Numbered from the stretch's first letter, positions 42,009 through 54,204 are shown. The stretch: DNA of 64,000 nucleotides from Allosphingosinicella sp. (GCA_036387875.1 DASVSX010000002.1:16706-80705); one strand, 5' to 3'. Program-made: numbers and translations. Notes: generated by a model from the sequence alone, not told the origin.

Positions 42009-42339
42009 CCCTGAAATGGCCTTCCTTGCGGCAGCCCGACGTCTGGGAGAAGTGCAGGCGGACGGCTTCGTTATGGGGGACGAGCATGAAATCTCCCATT
42101 CCTTCCTCGCTTTCGACGATGGCGTGGCACTTCGGAAGGCGCTTTGGGAGCAAGGGTTCCAGGTCAGCGAGCGGCAGGGAACGCCGGGGCTCGAGGCGAG
42201 GCGCAAGGAAATGCTCTCGGCGGGCAATTTGAAGGAGCTTGTCGGGCAGCTCTGCCGGACGGCCGACAAATATGCCGCTCAGTATGACGGATGGGACGTC
42301 ACCGCCCGTCTCGACCGGTCGGACGACGATTGCCGATGA
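42001..42339 (+). CDS. Small protein, RraB-like
   Basis: C-terminal L...A.KY.AQYDGW pattern typical of RraB-like domains. Confidence 0.5.
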   Translation: MNNPEMAFLAAARRLGEVQADGFVMGDEHEISHSFLAFDDGVALRKALWEQGFQVSERQGTPGLEARRKEMLSAGNLKELVGQLCRTADKYAAQYDGWDVTARLDRSDDDCR

Positions 42340-42368
42340 CCCCCCGCGCCGACAGCGCCGCTGTTTCT

Positions 42369-42473
42369 CCCTCTCCCCGGCGGGGAGAGGTTTGGGGTGA
42401 GGGGGCTCGGAATCCGAGGACATTCTTGGGCGCCGAACCCCCTCACCCAACCCTCTCCCCGCCGGGGAGAGGG
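42369..42473. repeat. Palindromic REP-like doublet, family A (CCCTCTCCCCGCCGGGGAGAGGG)
   Basis: Left half 42369-42405, inverted right half 42438-42473. Confidence 0.88.
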
Positions 42474-42524
42474 CTTCAGGGAATCGCCGGCGCTGATTCC
42501 CCCTCTCATCGAGCAGCGTGGGGG

Positions 42525-42878
42525 TCATTCGGAGCGATTCCTTGCGAGCAGGAGCTCCTGGCGGATGGCTTCGAGGACGCTGTAGGTGTCTCCCAGCACG
42601 TCATGGTTCCAGAAGCGCAGCACGCGGTAGCCGTAGGTTTCGATGGCGGCCGTCCTGGCCGCGTCCCGCTCCGCGCTATGCTGGCCGCCGTCGAGCTCGA
42701 TGGCCAGCCGCGCCGTCCGGCAGGCGAAGTCGGCGACGTAGCGATCGATCTGGAGCTGGCGGACGAACTTCTCGCCTTTGAGCCGGCGGGCGCGGAGATA
42801 GTACCAGAGGCGCTCTTCGGATTCGGTCTGGTTGGCGCGGAGCCGTCGGGCGATCGGAGTCAGGCGCTTGCTTCCCAC
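42525..42878 (-). CDS. DUF559 family (Vsr-like) endonuclease
   Basis: ARRLRANQTESEERLW, KFVRQ...YVADFAC..RLAIELDGGQH..RD..R...GYRVLRFWN. Confidence 0.92.
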   Translation of the reverse strand: MGSKRLTPIARRLRANQTESEERLWYYLRARRLKGEKFVRQLQIDRYVADFACRTARLAIELDGGQHSAERDAARTAAIETYGYRVLRFWNHDVLGDTYSVLEAIRQELLLARNRSE

Positions 42879-42885
42879 CGCAGGT

Positions 42886-42984
42886 CCCCCTCACCCAACC
42901 CTCTCCCCGCCGGGGAGAGGGCTATTCGCCGCCGTGACGCCCGCACCCCCTCTCCCCGGCGGGGAGAGGGTTGGGGTGAGGGGG
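42886..42984. repeat. Family A palindromes, two half-units back to back
   Basis: 42886-42921 matches 42438-42473; 42948-42984 is its inverse. Confidence 0.88.
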
Positions 42985-43048
42985 CTCGGCGCTTCTCCAG
43001 TTGCCGTCGAATTTCAAGCAATTCCTCTACAAGAGTCAATTGAAACCA

Positions 43049-46000
43049 ATGCCCCGCCGAACCGACATCTCCTCCATCCTCATCATCGGCGCAGGTCCGA
43101 TCGTCATCGGCCAGGCCGCCGAGTTCGATTATTCGGGGACCCAGGCGGCCAAGACGCTTCGGGCGGAGGGCTACCGGATCGTGCTCGTCAATTCGAACCC
43201 GGCGACGATCATGACCGATCCGGAGCTGGCCGACGCCACCTATGTCGAGCCGATCACTCCGGAGTTCGTCCGGATGATCATCGAGAAGGAGCGGCCGGAC
43301 GCGGTGCTTCCGACGATGGGCGGGCAGACGGCGCTCAATACGGCGCTGGCGCTTTGGAAGGACGGGACGCTCGAGAAATATGGCGTCCGGATGATCGGCG
43401 CCGACGCCGAGGCGATCGAGAAGGCCGAGGACCGGCTCAAGTTTCGCGACGCCATGTCGAAGATCGGCCTGGAAAGCCCGCGCTCGGCCATCGCCCACAG
43501 CCTCGAGGAGGCGGTTCGGGCGCTCGACGTCACCGGGCTTCCTGCGATCATCCGGCCGAGCTTCACGCTGGGCGGCACGGGCGGCGGAATCGCTTACAAT
43601 CGCGAGGAGTTCGTCGAGATCGTCACCGGAGGGCTCGACGCCTCGCCGACCAGCGAAGTGCTGATCGAGGAATCGGTGCTGGGGTGGAAGGAATACGAGA
43701 TGGAGGTGGTCCGCGACCGTGCGGACAACGCCATCATCGTCTGCTCGATCGAGAATGTGGACCCGATGGGGATCCACACCGGCGATTCGATCACCGTCGC
43801 TCCGGCGCTGACCCTGACCGACAAGGAATATCAGATCATGCGCAACGCAAGCATCGCTTGCCTGCGCGAAATCGGTGTCGAAACAGGGGGTTCGAACGTC
43901 CAGTTCGCAGTCAATCCCGAGAACGGCCGGCTCGTCGTCATCGAGATGAACCCGCGCGTGTCGCGCTCCTCCGCGCTTGCGTCCAAGGCGACGGGCTTCC
44001 CGATCGCCAAGGTCGCGGCCAAGCTCGCGGTAGGCTACACCCTCGACGAGATCCAGAACGACATCACCGGAGTCACACCGGCGAGCTTCGAGCCGACCAT
44101 CGACTATGTCGTGACCAAGATCCCGCGCTTCGCCTTCGAGAAGTTCAAGGGCTCGGACCCCCTGCTTTCGACGGCGATGAAGTCGGTCGGCGAGGCGATG
44201 GCGATCGGGCGCTCATTCCACGAAAGCCTGCAGAAGGCGCTGAGGAGCCTCGAGACCGGCCTCATCGGCCTGGACGGGGTGCGCGAGCTCTACGGAGCGC
44301 CGCGGATCGAGATCGAGGCGGCGCTGGCGCGGCCGACGCCCGACCGGCTGCTCGTCGCCGCCCAGGCGCTTCGCGAGGGCTTCACCGTCGCCGAGATCCA
44401 CGCCATCGCCAAATACGATCCCTGGTTCCTGGAGCGGCTCAAGGAGATCGTCGACGAGGAGCAGGGGATCTGCAGCGAAGGGCTGCCGCGCGATGCGGCC
44501 GGCATGCGGCGGCTGAAGGCGATGGGCTTTTCCGACCGCCGGCTCGCCGAGCTGGCGCTCAAATCCGCCAACATCCGCGGCACCGGCGTCAAGACCCGGG
44601 CGCGAAGCCACGGTCTCATCCATGACGTCGCCAGGATGCTGATCGGCGCTACGACCGAGGGGGAGGTGAGGGCGCTTCGCCACAAGCTCGGGGTCCGACC
44701 CGTCTTCAAGCGGATCGACACCTGCGCCGCCGAGTTCGAGGCGAAGACGCCCTATATGTATTCGACCTACGAGGCTCCCAGCTTCGGCGAGCCCGAGGAC
44801 GAGAGCCAGCCGTCCGACCGGCGCAAGATCGTCATCCTGGGCGGCGGGCCGAACCGGATCGGTCAGGGCATCGAGTTCGATTATTGCTGCTGTCACGCCG
44901 CCTACGCGCTCGCGGAAGCCGGCTTCGAGACGATCATGATCAACTGCAACCCGGAGACCGTCTCGACCGACTACGACACGTCGGACCGGCTCTATTTCGA
45001 GCCCCTGACCGCCGAGGACGTGCTCGAGATCCTCCACGTCGAGAAATCGCGCGGCGAACTGGTCGGAGTCATCGTCCAGTTCGGCGGCCAGACGCCCCTG
45101 AAGCTCGCCGCCGCGCTCGAGAAGGAGGGGATTCCGATCCTCGGCACCTCGCCCGACGCCATCGACCTCGCCGAGGACCGGGAGCGCTTCGCCGCCCTGG
45201 TCGACAAGCTCGGCCTCAGGCAGCCCGAGAACGGGATCGCCCGCTCGCGCGAGGAGGCGATCGCGGTGGCCGAGCGGATCGGCTATCCGGTCCTGACCCG
45301 GCCCTCCTACGTGCTGGGCGGACGGGCGATGGAGATCGTCGACGGCCCCGCCCAGCTCGACGATTATATCGTCACCGCCGTCCAGGTCTCGGGCGACAGC
45401 CCGGTCCTCATCGACAAATATCTGCGCGACGCGATCGAGGTCGACGTCGACGCGATCTGCGACGGCAAGGACGTCGCCATCGCCGGGGTGATGCAGCATA
45501 TCGAGGAAGCAGGCGTGCATTCGGGCGACAGCGCCTGCTCGCTTCCGCCCTACAGCCTCGAGCCGGCCATCGTCGCCGAGATCGAGCGCCAGACCCGCTT
45601 GCTCGCTTTGGCGCTCGGAGTCCGCGGCCTGATGAACGTCCAGTTCGCGGTGAAGGACGGCCTGGTCTATCTGATCGAGGTCAATCCGCGCGCCAGCCGG
45701 ACCGTTCCGTTCGTCGCCAAGACGCTCGGGACCCCGATCGCCAAGATCGCCGCCCGGGTGATGGCGGGTGAACCGCTGATGCGCTTCCTTCCGCTTCGAA
45801 CCGAGATCCCCCATATCGCGGTCAAGGAGGCCGTCTTCCCGTTCGCCCGCTTCCCCGGGATCGACCCAGTGCTGTCACCGGAGATGAAGTCAACCGGGGA
45901 AGTCATGGGAATCGATAACGATTTTGCAAAAGCCTTTCTAAAATCGCAGCTCGGAAGCGGGATCTCGCTGCCGCTTGGCGGGACTCTGTTCGTCTCGGTC

Positions 46001-46384
46001 AAGGACAGCGACAAGAGCGCGATCACTGCGCCGGTGAGGGCGCTTCGCGAGCTCGGCTTCAAGGTCATCGCCACCGCGGGCACGGCTTCCTGGCTCGGCG
46101 GCGAGGGGATCGAGGTCAGCCAAGTCAACAAGGTGGCGCAGGGGCGCCCCCATATCGTCGACCGAATCAAGGACGGCGCCGTCGACATCATCTTCAACAC
46201 GACGGAAGGCTGGCAGAGCCACAAGGACTCGGCCTCGATCCGCGCTTCCGCGCTTATGGCCAAGGTGCCCTACTTCACCACGGCGGCTTCCAGCGCAGCC
46301 GTGGTTCGGGCGATCGCGGTGCTCGGGGAGCACAGCCTTGAAGTGAAGTCCCTGCAGGACTATTATTCATCCTCCAAAGCGTGA
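43049..46384 (+). CDS. carB: Carbamoyl-phosphate synthase large subunit
   Basis: [53 protein letters not shown] domain. Confidence 0.98.
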   Translation: MPRRTDISSILIIGAGPIVIGQAAEFDYSGTQAAKTLRAEGYRIVLVNSNPATIMTDPELADATYVEPITPEFVRMIIEKERPDAVLPTMGGQTALNTALALWKDGTLEKYGVRMIGADAEAIEKAEDRLKFRDAMSKIGLESPRSAIAHSLEEAVRALDVTGLPAIIRPSFTLGGTGGGIAYNREEFVEIVTGGLDASPTSEVLIEESVLGWKEYEMEVVRDRADNAIIVCSIENVDPMGIHTGDSITVAPALTLTDKEYQIMRNASIACLREIGVETGGSNVQFAVNPENGRLVVIEMNPRVSRSSALASKATGFPIAKVAAKLAVGYTLDEIQNDITGVTPASFEPTIDYVVTKIPRFAFEKFKGSDPLLSTAMKSVGEAMAIGRSFHESLQKALRSLETGLIGLDGVRELYGAPRIEIEAALARPTPDRLLVAAQALREGFTVAEIHAIAKYDPWFLERLKEIVDEEQGICSEGLPRDAAGMRRLKAMGFSDRRLAELALKSANIRGTGVKTRARSHGLIHDVARMLIGATTEGEVRALRHKLGVRPVFKRIDTCAAEFEAKTPYMYSTYEAPSFGEPEDESQPSDRRKIVILGGGPNRIGQGIEFDYCCCHAAYALAEAGFETIMINCNPETVSTDYDTSDRLYFEPLTAEDVLEILHVEKSRGELVGVIVQFGGQTPLKLAAALEKEGIPILGTSPDAIDLAEDRERFAALVDKLGLRQPENGIARSREEAIAVAERIGYPVLTRPSYVLGGRAMEIVDGPAQLDDYIVTAVQVSGDSPVLIDKYLRDAIEVDVDAICDGKDVAIAGVMQHIEEAGVHSGDSACSLPPYSLEPAIVAEIERQTRLLALALGVRGLMNVQFAVKDGLVYLIEVNPRASRTVPFVAKTLGTPIAKIAARVMAGEPLMRFLPLRTEIPHIAVKEAVFPFARFPGIDPVLSPEMKSTGEVMGIDNDFAKAFLKSQLGSGISLPLGGTLFVSVKDSDKSAITAPVRALRELGFKVIATAGTASWLGGEGIEVSQVNKVAQGRPHIVDRIKDGAVDIIFNTTEGWQSHKDSASIRASALMAKVPYFTTAASSAAVVRAIAVLGEHSLEVKSLQDYYSSSKA

Positions 46385-46465
46385 TCCTGAACAATTGAAC
46401 ACGCATCAGGGCGTCTTCCACCGGAAGGCGCCCGAAAGAGAATCTTTGACGAAAGGTGAGTGGCG

Positions 46466-46945
46466 ATGGCGACGGTCGACAAGAACCCGATGCTGGCCGA
46501 GGGCTATGAGAAGCTCCAGACCGAAGTGCGGCACCTCAAGACGGTGGAACGCCCTTCGGTGATCGAGGCGATCGAGGTCGCGCGCGGCCATGGCGATCTT
46601 TCCGAGAATGCCGAATATCACGCCGCCAAGGAGCGCCAGGGCCAGGTCGAGGCCCAGATCGCCGACATCGAGGACCGGCTGAGCCGGGCGATGGTCATCG
46701 ATCCCAAAACCCTTTCGGGCGACAAGGTCGTCTTCGGGGCCACCGTCCATCTGCTCGACGAGGACGACAAGCCCGTCACCTACCAGATCGTCGGCCAGAC
46801 CGAGGCCGACGCCCGGGTCGGCCGGATCTCCTACAATTCGCCGCTCGGCCGGGCCCTGATCGGCCGCATCATCGGCGAGGAAGTGGAGGTCACCACGCCG
46901 TCGGGCGACCGTTATTATTCGATCGAGAAGGTCGAGTTCATCTAG
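46466..46945 (+). CDS. greA: Transcription elongation factor GreA
   Basis: [28 protein letters not shown]. Confidence 0.96.
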   Translation: MATVDKNPMLAEGYEKLQTEVRHLKTVERPSVIEAIEVARGHGDLSENAEYHAAKERQGQVEAQIADIEDRLSRAMVIDPKTLSGDKVVFGATVHLLDEDDKPVTYQIVGQTEADARVGRISYNSPLGRALIGRIIGEEVEVTTPSGDRYYSIEKVEFI

Positions 46946-47016
46946 ATCCGTTGAATAGAATGGAATCCCCTCAGCCGAACGGATGTACTTGACCCCGCCA
47001 ACGGGACCTTAAGCGA

Positions 47017-47658
47017 ATGCGCCTGCCCGACGACCTGCGCTCCGCTCCGTTCACCCTCGCCATAGCGGCCCTGACCGTCGCCGCCTGGCTTATCGCCTGG
47101 GCCCTGGGCTGGCAGGAAATCGCGGCCGTCGGCGGCGGCTTCATTCCCGTTCGGGTCGGCGGACTGCCGGGCGACGACCTGCCGCTGCCGGTGCTTCTGA
47201 CCCCGCTCACCGCCACGCTCGTCCATTCGGGCTTCGCCCATTTGTTCTTCAACCTGATCATCCTGCTGTTCTGCGGGCGTTCGGTGGAGCGGGTCCTGGG
47301 CGGCCGGGGGATCGCCCTCCTGTACCTGATCGGCGCCTATGCCGCCGCCGCCGCGCAATATGCGGTGAACGTGGCCGAGACCGCGCCGATGGTGGGGGCG
47401 AGCGGCGCCATTTCCGCCGTGCTCGGCGCCTTCGCGCTCCTGTTCGGCCGCAACAAGGTGAAGGTCGCCAGTCCCGGCCTCGCCGGCCTGCTCCACGCCT
47501 TGTGGCTCGCCGCCGCCTGGATCGGAATCCAGATACTGATCGGCTTCACCTTCGAGACCAGCGGCCTCAGGATCGCCGTCTTCGCCCACATCGGCGGCTT
47601 CGTCGCCGGCCTCCTGCTGGCGAGACCCCTGCTCCTCCTCAAGTGGCGCGGCGCCTAG
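47017..47658 (+). CDS. Rhomboid family intramembrane serine protease
   Basis: H...HLFFN, VGASGA, AHIGGF. Confidence 0.92.
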   Translation: MRLPDDLRSAPFTLAIAALTVAAWLIAWALGWQEIAAVGGGFIPVRVGGLPGDDLPLPVLLTPLTATLVHSGFAHLFFNLIILLFCGRSVERVLGGRGIALLYLIGAYAAAAAQYAVNVAETAPMVGASGAISAVLGAFALLFGRNKVKVASPGLAGLLHALWLAAAWIGIQILIGFTFETSGLRIAVFAHIGGFVAGLLLARPLLLLKWRGA

Positions 47659-47719
47659 GTCTCTGAGCGACCAGCCAGGAGCATCCGGCGCCCTTCCTGG
47701 CCGGCCGCAGGCCAATCAG

Positions 47720-47891
47720 TTTTCAACGCAAGGACGCAACGCAACGACGCAACGATGCCGCACCCGTCCCGGATGCCGTGCCGTCGCTTCATGCCGCAGA
47801 AGGGGGGTGAGCGCCTTCGGCGCAGGGAAGCGTGCTCGAGAGTCGCCGCCCAGCTTTCGACTCTTTGCGTCTTTGCGCTTCGCGTTGAAAA
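47720..47891. repeat. Inverted pair of short tandem repeats
   Basis: TTTTCAACGCAAGGACGCAACGCAACGACGCAACG ... CTTTGCGTCTTTGCGCTTCGCGTTGAAAA. Confidence 0.7.
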
Positions 47892-48004
47892 TTGAAGGGC
47901 GCCGCGCCTGCGGCTTCGCGACGGCGGACGACCCCGTCCGGCCGCCATGGCCCAATTCATTCTCACGATGTCAAAGAGCCCGCCGATACGCGACTCGGCA
48001 GAAA

Positions 48005-48019
48005 GAACAATACTCGAAC
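48005..48019. promoter_or_regulatory. Alphaproteobacterial LexA-type box
   Basis: GAAC-AATACTC-GAAC (GAAC-N7-GAAC). Confidence 0.5.
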
Positions 48020-48074
48020 ATCAAGCGCCGAATCTCCGACAAGAAGATCCGTTTCGGAAGTTGCAGCCCGGACT

Positions 48075-50387
48075 CTAGCCGGCCGCCTGCGCCTTCGCCG
48101 CGGGCGCATAGGCGAAGCTCCGGACGAAGCCGGCCACCGCCCCGGCCGGGATCGGGCGGCTGATCCAATAGCCCTGGGCCTGGCCGCAGCCCATCTCCCG
48201 GAGCAGCTCCAGGCAAAACTCGTCCTCGACCCCCTCGGCGACGACGACGAGGCCGAGTTCGTGGGCCATGGCGATGGTGGAGCTTACGAGGATCCGGTCG
48301 CGCGGGCCGGCGGCCATTGCGGCGATGAAGCTTCGGTCAATCTTGAGCTCGGTCGCAGGCATCTTCTGAAGATAGGAGAGGGAGGACTGGCCGGTGCCGT
48401 AATCGTCGATCGAGACCTTGACCCCTAGCTTGCGCCAGCCGTCCAGCGCCAGCACCGCGGCATCGGGCTGGGCCATGGCGGCGGATTCGGTGACCTCGAG
48501 GGTCACCCGGTCCGCCGGGAAGGCGCTGGCCTGAAGCAGCTGCTCGAGGCGATGGAGGAAGGCGTGGTCGTGAAGCAAGGTGGCCGAGATGTTCACCGCC
48601 ACTCCCAGCTTCTGGCCCTCGTCCCGCCAGGCGGCGGCGTCGGCCAAGGCCTGGGCCATGACGTGCAGGGTGAGATCGGCCGCGCGCCCATGCTGCTCGA
48701 TCAGCGGGATGAAGCTGTCCGGAGCCAGGGTGCCGCGCTCGGGATGGTCCCACCGGACGAGCGCCTCGACCGAATCGATCCGTCCGGAGCGAAGGTCGAG
48801 CTTGGGCTGGTAGGCGTTCCAGAGCTCGCCGCGGGCCAAAGCGGAATCGAGCTCGGCGAGAAGCGACACGCGCCAACTCGCCCGTTCGGAGTCGATTGCG
48901 GTGAACAATTGCCAGCGATTGCCACGCTCGGCCGCATGAAGCGCCGCGAGCCCGGCGTCGGCGCAAAGCTGCCTCGCCTGAGCGCCGATGCCGCGCGCCG
49001 CTCCGAAATGGGTTCGCACTTCGACGCTTCGGCCCACCGCGATCGGCGCCCGCATTACCGAATCGATGGCCTCGAACCGTTCGTCGAGCGCCGCCTCCTC
49101 GGGCTCGATCCAAGCGAGTCCGGCTTCGTCGATCCGGTAGACGCGCGGCGCTGAAGCGGCGAAGGCAAGCCGCTCGGCGACTTTTCTCACCAGGTCCGCG
49201 GTCCCGTCCGGGCCGAGCGCCGAAAGCAGGTCCGCGAAGCCCTCGATTCGAGCGACGGCGACGGTGGCGGACGTCATGTCGCGGCAGTCGAGTTCGAGCG
49301 CGGCAAGGTTGGGCAGTCTGGTCTTGGAATCCGCCAGGCCGGTGACTCGGCGGCGCCAGGCGGCGCGCCCGGCGGCTCCGGCGCCGGCCGCGACCGCAAG
49401 GGCGATCAGCGCCGGCGCGACCGGCAGGTCGAGGCCCAGCCGCCCGGCGGCCGCCGGAAGGAGGAAGGTCGCGGCTCCGGCAGCCGCCAGGCTGAGAGCG
49501 ATATGGCGCCCGCGGCGCAGCTTCAGGCAGGCCGCGGCCAAAGCGAGGACCAGCGCCAATGCCCAGCCGCCGCCGACCGGGACAAGCGGGGCGCCCGCCA
49601 GCAAAGTCTCAGCCGCCAGGGCCTGGGCGACGACTCCTGGGAGGATCCCGTGGCGGGGAAGGGTATAACGGTCCGCGGTCTCGACAGCGGTCGCTCCGAT
49701 GAGGATCCTCTTGCCGGCCAGGGCCCCCGGCGCGATCCGGCCGGCCACCAGGTCGACCATGCTGTGACGGGGGATCGACGCCGGATCGATCGCCCGGTCG
49801 ATCAGGAACAGCTCGCCGGCGCCGCCGGGGCGCTCGGCCACCATGCTCGCCAGCGATGGCCGCGGCGTTCCGCCCACCTCTACCCCGTAGGGCATGCTGC
49901 GCAGCTCCCCATGGGCTTCGGGAATGACGTTCGCCGCGGCAAGGAAGGATTCGCTCGCCAGGCTCGGAATGGGAGCGACGTCTGTGCCGGACTCGCGGCG
50001 AAAGGTCGGAAGGACGACGCTTCCTCCGGCGCGTCGAAGCGCCGAAGCGAGGGCGGCGTCCTGAGCCGGCTCCGACGGGCTGGAGAAATCGACGTCGAAG
50101 GCGATGAGCGCCGCCTTGCCCTCGCGCAGGCGGTCGACGGCCGTCGCGTGGATGCTTCTCGGCCAGGGCCAGCGCTCGAAGTCGGCGATGCTCCGGGCGT
50201 CGATCTCCACGATATGCACCTGGCCGCTCGCGGGCCGCTCGTTCCAGCCGGCGCGCTGGTTCGCCAGCGCCTGATCAAGCCCGTCGCCGGCGTCCGTCCA
50301 GAGCGTGATCAGGCCAAGCGCACCGGCCAGAACCAACGCAAGCAGGCGCCAGCGCTGCGCGACCGCGGGAAGGGCGCCGCCCGTCAC
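48075..50387 (-). CDS. CHASE2 - degenerate GGDEF - EAL protein (c-di-GMP phosphodiesterase)
   Basis: IVEID...WPWPRS.HA, AFDVDFS (CHASE2); three TMs; VEALVRW, IDDYGTGQSSL, LKIDRSF, AEGVE. Confidence 0.9.
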   Translation of the reverse strand: MTGGALPAVAQRWRLLALVLAGALGLITLWTDAGDGLDQALANQRAGWNERPASGQVHIVEIDARSIADFERWPWPRSIHATAVDRLREGKAALIAFDVDFSSPSEPAQDAALASALRRAGGSVVLPTFRRESGTDVAPIPSLASESFLAAANVIPEAHGELRSMPYGVEVGGTPRPSLASMVAERPGGAGELFLIDRAIDPASIPRHSMVDLVAGRIAPGALAGKRILIGATAVETADRYTLPRHGILPGVVAQALAAETLLAGAPLVPVGGGWALALVLALAAACLKLRRGRHIALSLAAAGAATFLLPAAAGRLGLDLPVAPALIALAVAAGAGAAGRAAWRRRVTGLADSKTRLPNLAALELDCRDMTSATVAVARIEGFADLLSALGPDGTADLVRKVAERLAFAASAPRVYRIDEAGLAWIEPEEAALDERFEAIDSVMRAPIAVGRSVEVRTHFGAARGIGAQARQLCADAGLAALHAAERGNRWQLFTAIDSERASWRVSLLAELDSALARGELWNAYQPKLDLRSGRIDSVEALVRWDHPERGTLAPDSFIPLIEQHGRAADLTLHVMAQALADAAAWRDEGQKLGVAVNISATLLHDHAFLHRLEQLLQASAFPADRVTLEVTESAAMAQPDAAVLALDGWRKLGVKVSIDDYGTGQSSLSYLQKMPATELKIDRSFIAAMAAGPRDRILVSSTIAMAHELGLVVVAEGVEDEFCLELLREMGCGQAQGYWISRPIPAGAVAGFVRSFAYAPAAKAQAAG

Positions 50388-50389
50388 GG

Positions 50390-51520
50390 TCAGAATCTGC
50401 GCTGCACGCCAAGCCGAAGGCGGTGGCGGTCGGAGCTGAAATAGGGGATCGAGCTCGAAGTCCGGCTGTAGGTGTAGGTGAGCGAGGGATGAAGCCCGAG
50501 GGCGACCGGGCGGCGGGTCGACAGCCAGCCGCTCGCATAGACCCGCCAGTCGGCCCGCGGGTCGGGGTCGAGAAGCAGGAAGGGTTCGTCGAAGACGGTG
50601 CGGCTGAGGCCGGCGGTCACTCCTCCGGCGAAATCCTCGCTCAGAAAGGCGCTGAGGCCGGCATAGGCCCCGGAGTCGACACTCGAGAAGGTGTCGTCGC
50701 CGAGCCATTCCCGGCGCGCATAGACTCCGCCGGAGAAGGACAGGCTCGGATCGAGCACGCTGTCATAGGTCAGATAGAGGCTCGCCTGGCTTCCTCCGAA
50801 CGAGTCGCCATAAGCCGAATCGAAGATCCGGGCGTCGACCGCCAGCCGGAGGTTGCTGCCCGGGCTCAGGGGATGACGCCAATTGCCGCGCAGCCCGACT
50901 CCCTCGAGCGCCTTCACGCCTCCGTACCAGCGTTCGAACGCGATCAGCTGGAGCGACCCCGTCGGGGCATTGCCGGCGCCGAACTCCAGCCCGGCGGCGA
51001 CCAGCGCCGAGGAGTCGTCGGAGCGGGGGCCTTCATATTCGACCGCATAGCCCTCGACGTCGACCGCCAGCGCAGCCGCTGCGGAGATCGGAAGCCGAAC
51101 GTTGGCCGCGGCCGACATCCCGGCTCCGATCCCGGCCTTCTCGCGCAGATTGGGGTCGACCGGGACCGGCAGCGGCCCCTCGCCGAGGTCGATCGGGACG
51201 CTGTGGAGATCGGTGCCGTTGGTGACGTTGCTGTCGGCGGTCACGCTCATGTCGACCGACAGCCGGAAGTCCGCCGAGCGGGGCTTCGCGGCAGCCACGG
51301 CCGCCGGAGGAGCGGCGACTTCGGGCCGTACCGCTTCCTCCTCGGGGGTCGGCGGATATTGCCCGCCCGGATCCACCGGGACCGAGGGAGCTTCGCTCTC
51401 GCCGCCGGCGAGCAGCTCGGGTCCTTCGAAAGCGGCGACCTGGAGGCGTGGCTGCGCCGCTCCGGCGAGGCACAGCCAGGCGGCGCACAGCGGCGCCAGC
51501 AGTTTCCGCCCCCCGATCAT
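50390..51520 (-). CDS. Outer-membrane beta-barrel protein (Slam/DUF560-like)
   Basis: Signal peptide, DSNVTNGT motif, alternating strands, C-terminal SSIPYFSSDRHRLRLGVQRRF. Confidence 0.6.
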   Translation of the reverse strand: MIGGRKLLAPLCAAWLCLAGAAQPRLQVAAFEGPELLAGGESEAPSVPVDPGGQYPPTPEEEAVRPEVAAPPAAVAAAKPRSADFRLSVDMSVTADSNVTNGTDLHSVPIDLGEGPLPVPVDPNLREKAGIGAGMSAAANVRLPISAAAALAVDVEGYAVEYEGPRSDDSSALVAAGLEFGAGNAPTGSLQLIAFERWYGGVKALEGVGLRGNWRHPLSPGSNLRLAVDARIFDSAYGDSFGGSQASLYLTYDSVLDPSLSFSGGVYARREWLGDDTFSSVDSGAYAGLSAFLSEDFAGGVTAGLSRTVFDEPFLLLDPDPRADWRVYASGWLSTRRPVALGLHPSLTYTYSRTSSSIPYFSSDRHRLRLGVQRRF

Positions 51521-51613
51521 CGTCCCGTCCGCCTCCCCGTTTTACGGATAAGAAGCTGACGGCCTACCGGTATTTGGTTGACGAACGGTTAGGGATGAGC
51601 GCGCGCTTGCTTC

Positions 51614-53047
<1,434 letters not shown>

Positions 53048-53145
53048 GGGCGATTGACCTTCGGGCAGGGGCCGCGTGCGGCTCGGGCCCGCTGCCTTAG
53101 CGCCGAAAGCTTGCGGCCCTCTGAGCGGGGATGCCTAAAACGGCC

Positions 53146-53865
53146 TTAACCTTCCCGCGGCTCCGGGGCCGCCCCCGGATCGCCCCGCAGCGTCCGGATC
53201 AGGCCGAGCCCGATCAGCACGGCGGCCGAGGCGTAGGAGGCCCAAAGCCACAGCCTGGCGGCGCCCGGGCTCCATCCCGGCCAGAGCAGAGCGAGGGTCG
53301 CGATCGTCCAAAGCACGGCCGAGACCTGGAGCAGGGGCCGGTAGTCCTTGACCCGGAAGGGGTGGACGAACCGGATCGGGGCGAAGCTCATGACGGCGAG
53401 CACGGTCACCGCCACCGCGCCCGCCGCGGCGCCGGGTTGGGCGACGAAGAGATAGAGGGCGACGACGTTCCAGAGGGCCGGGAAGCCCCGGAAATAATTG
53501 TCCGGGGTCTTCATGTCGCGGCGGACGAAGACGTAGACTGAGGAGAGCAGGATCGCGGCTGCGAGCGGGAGCGCCAGCGCTTCCGGCACCAGTCCCGCTT
53601 TGCAGATGAAGACGGCCGGAACGAAGACGTAGTTCAGATAGTCGACGATGAGATCGAAGGCCTCGCCGTCGATCCGCGGCACGTGCTCCTTGACCCGGGC
53701 CCAGCGCGCCAGGGTCCCGTCGACCCCGTCCACGGCCAGCGCGGCGAGCAGCCAGAGCAAGGCGAGGCGCCATTCGCCGCGCCAGGTGGCCTCGAGAGCG
53801 AGGAAGGCGAGGACGACCCCGCTCGCCGTGAAAAGATGGACCAGCCAGGCCGCGGCGATCCGCAT
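53146..53865 (-). CDS. CDP-alcohol phosphatidyltransferase (phosphatidylcholine synthase-like)
   Basis: DGVDGTLAR...G..FDLIVDYLNYV, FRGFPALWN, FVHPFRV. Confidence 0.88.
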   Translation of the reverse strand: MRIAAAWLVHLFTASGVVLAFLALEATWRGEWRLALLWLLAALAVDGVDGTLARWARVKEHVPRIDGEAFDLIVDYLNYVFVPAVFICKAGLVPEALALPLAAAILLSSVYVFVRRDMKTPDNYFRGFPALWNVVALYLFVAQPGAAAGAVAVTVLAVMSFAPIRFVHPFRVKDYRPLLQVSAVLWTIATLALLWPGWSPGAARLWLWASYASAAVLIGLGLIRTLRGDPGAAPEPREG

Positions 53866-54038
53866 CACGCGTCGTCGCGCCGGTACGAATAATAGCGCAG
53901 CCACATCCCGACGATCGAAGTCGCCATTCCGGCGATCAGGCAGACCTGCAGCAGCGGCTCCTTCGACGCGCCTTTCCAGGCGGCGGTTCCGAGGAGCAGG
54001 ACGCTGAGCGTCGAGACGACGTAGCCGAAGCCCTTCAC
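53865..54038 (-). CDS. Small two-TM membrane protein (57 aa)
   Basis: Manual translation VKGFGYVVSTLSVLLLGTAAW...LIAGMATSIVGMWLRYYSYRRDDA*; GAGGT RBS; TGATG coupling to next gene. Confidence 0.65.
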   Translation of the reverse strand: MKGFGYVVSTLSVLLLGTAAWKGASKEPLLQVCLIAGMATSIVGMWLRYYSYRRDDA

Positions 54039-54095
54039 AAGCTCACCTCAGTTTGTTTCGGTACCGAACCCTGGACGAGGGAGGGTGTTCCCCTT

Positions 54096-54176
54096 CGTCA
54101 TCCCGGCGAAAGCGGGACCTCGGGGAGACCCGCCGAGATTTCTCCTCCTGAGGTCCCGGCTTTCGCCGGGATGACG
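54096..54176. repeat. CGTC-tagged REP doublet with conserved spacer
   Basis: CGTCATCCCGGCGAAAGCGGGAC...GTCCCGGCTTTCGCCGGGATGACG. Confidence 0.88.
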
Positions 54177-54204
54177 GTTGCGTCCATTGCGGCAATAGGG
54201 GCGC

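Noticed and set aside
40227..42269. 1299 aa ORF suggesting a giant DnaG fusion
   Set aside because: The extension is antisense to carA and overlaps yqeY out of frame; primase homology starts at MSLSPQF (40226)
46409..46433. Hairpin between carB and greA as a terminator or attenuator
   Set aside because: Stem is present but has no U-tract; role cannot be supported
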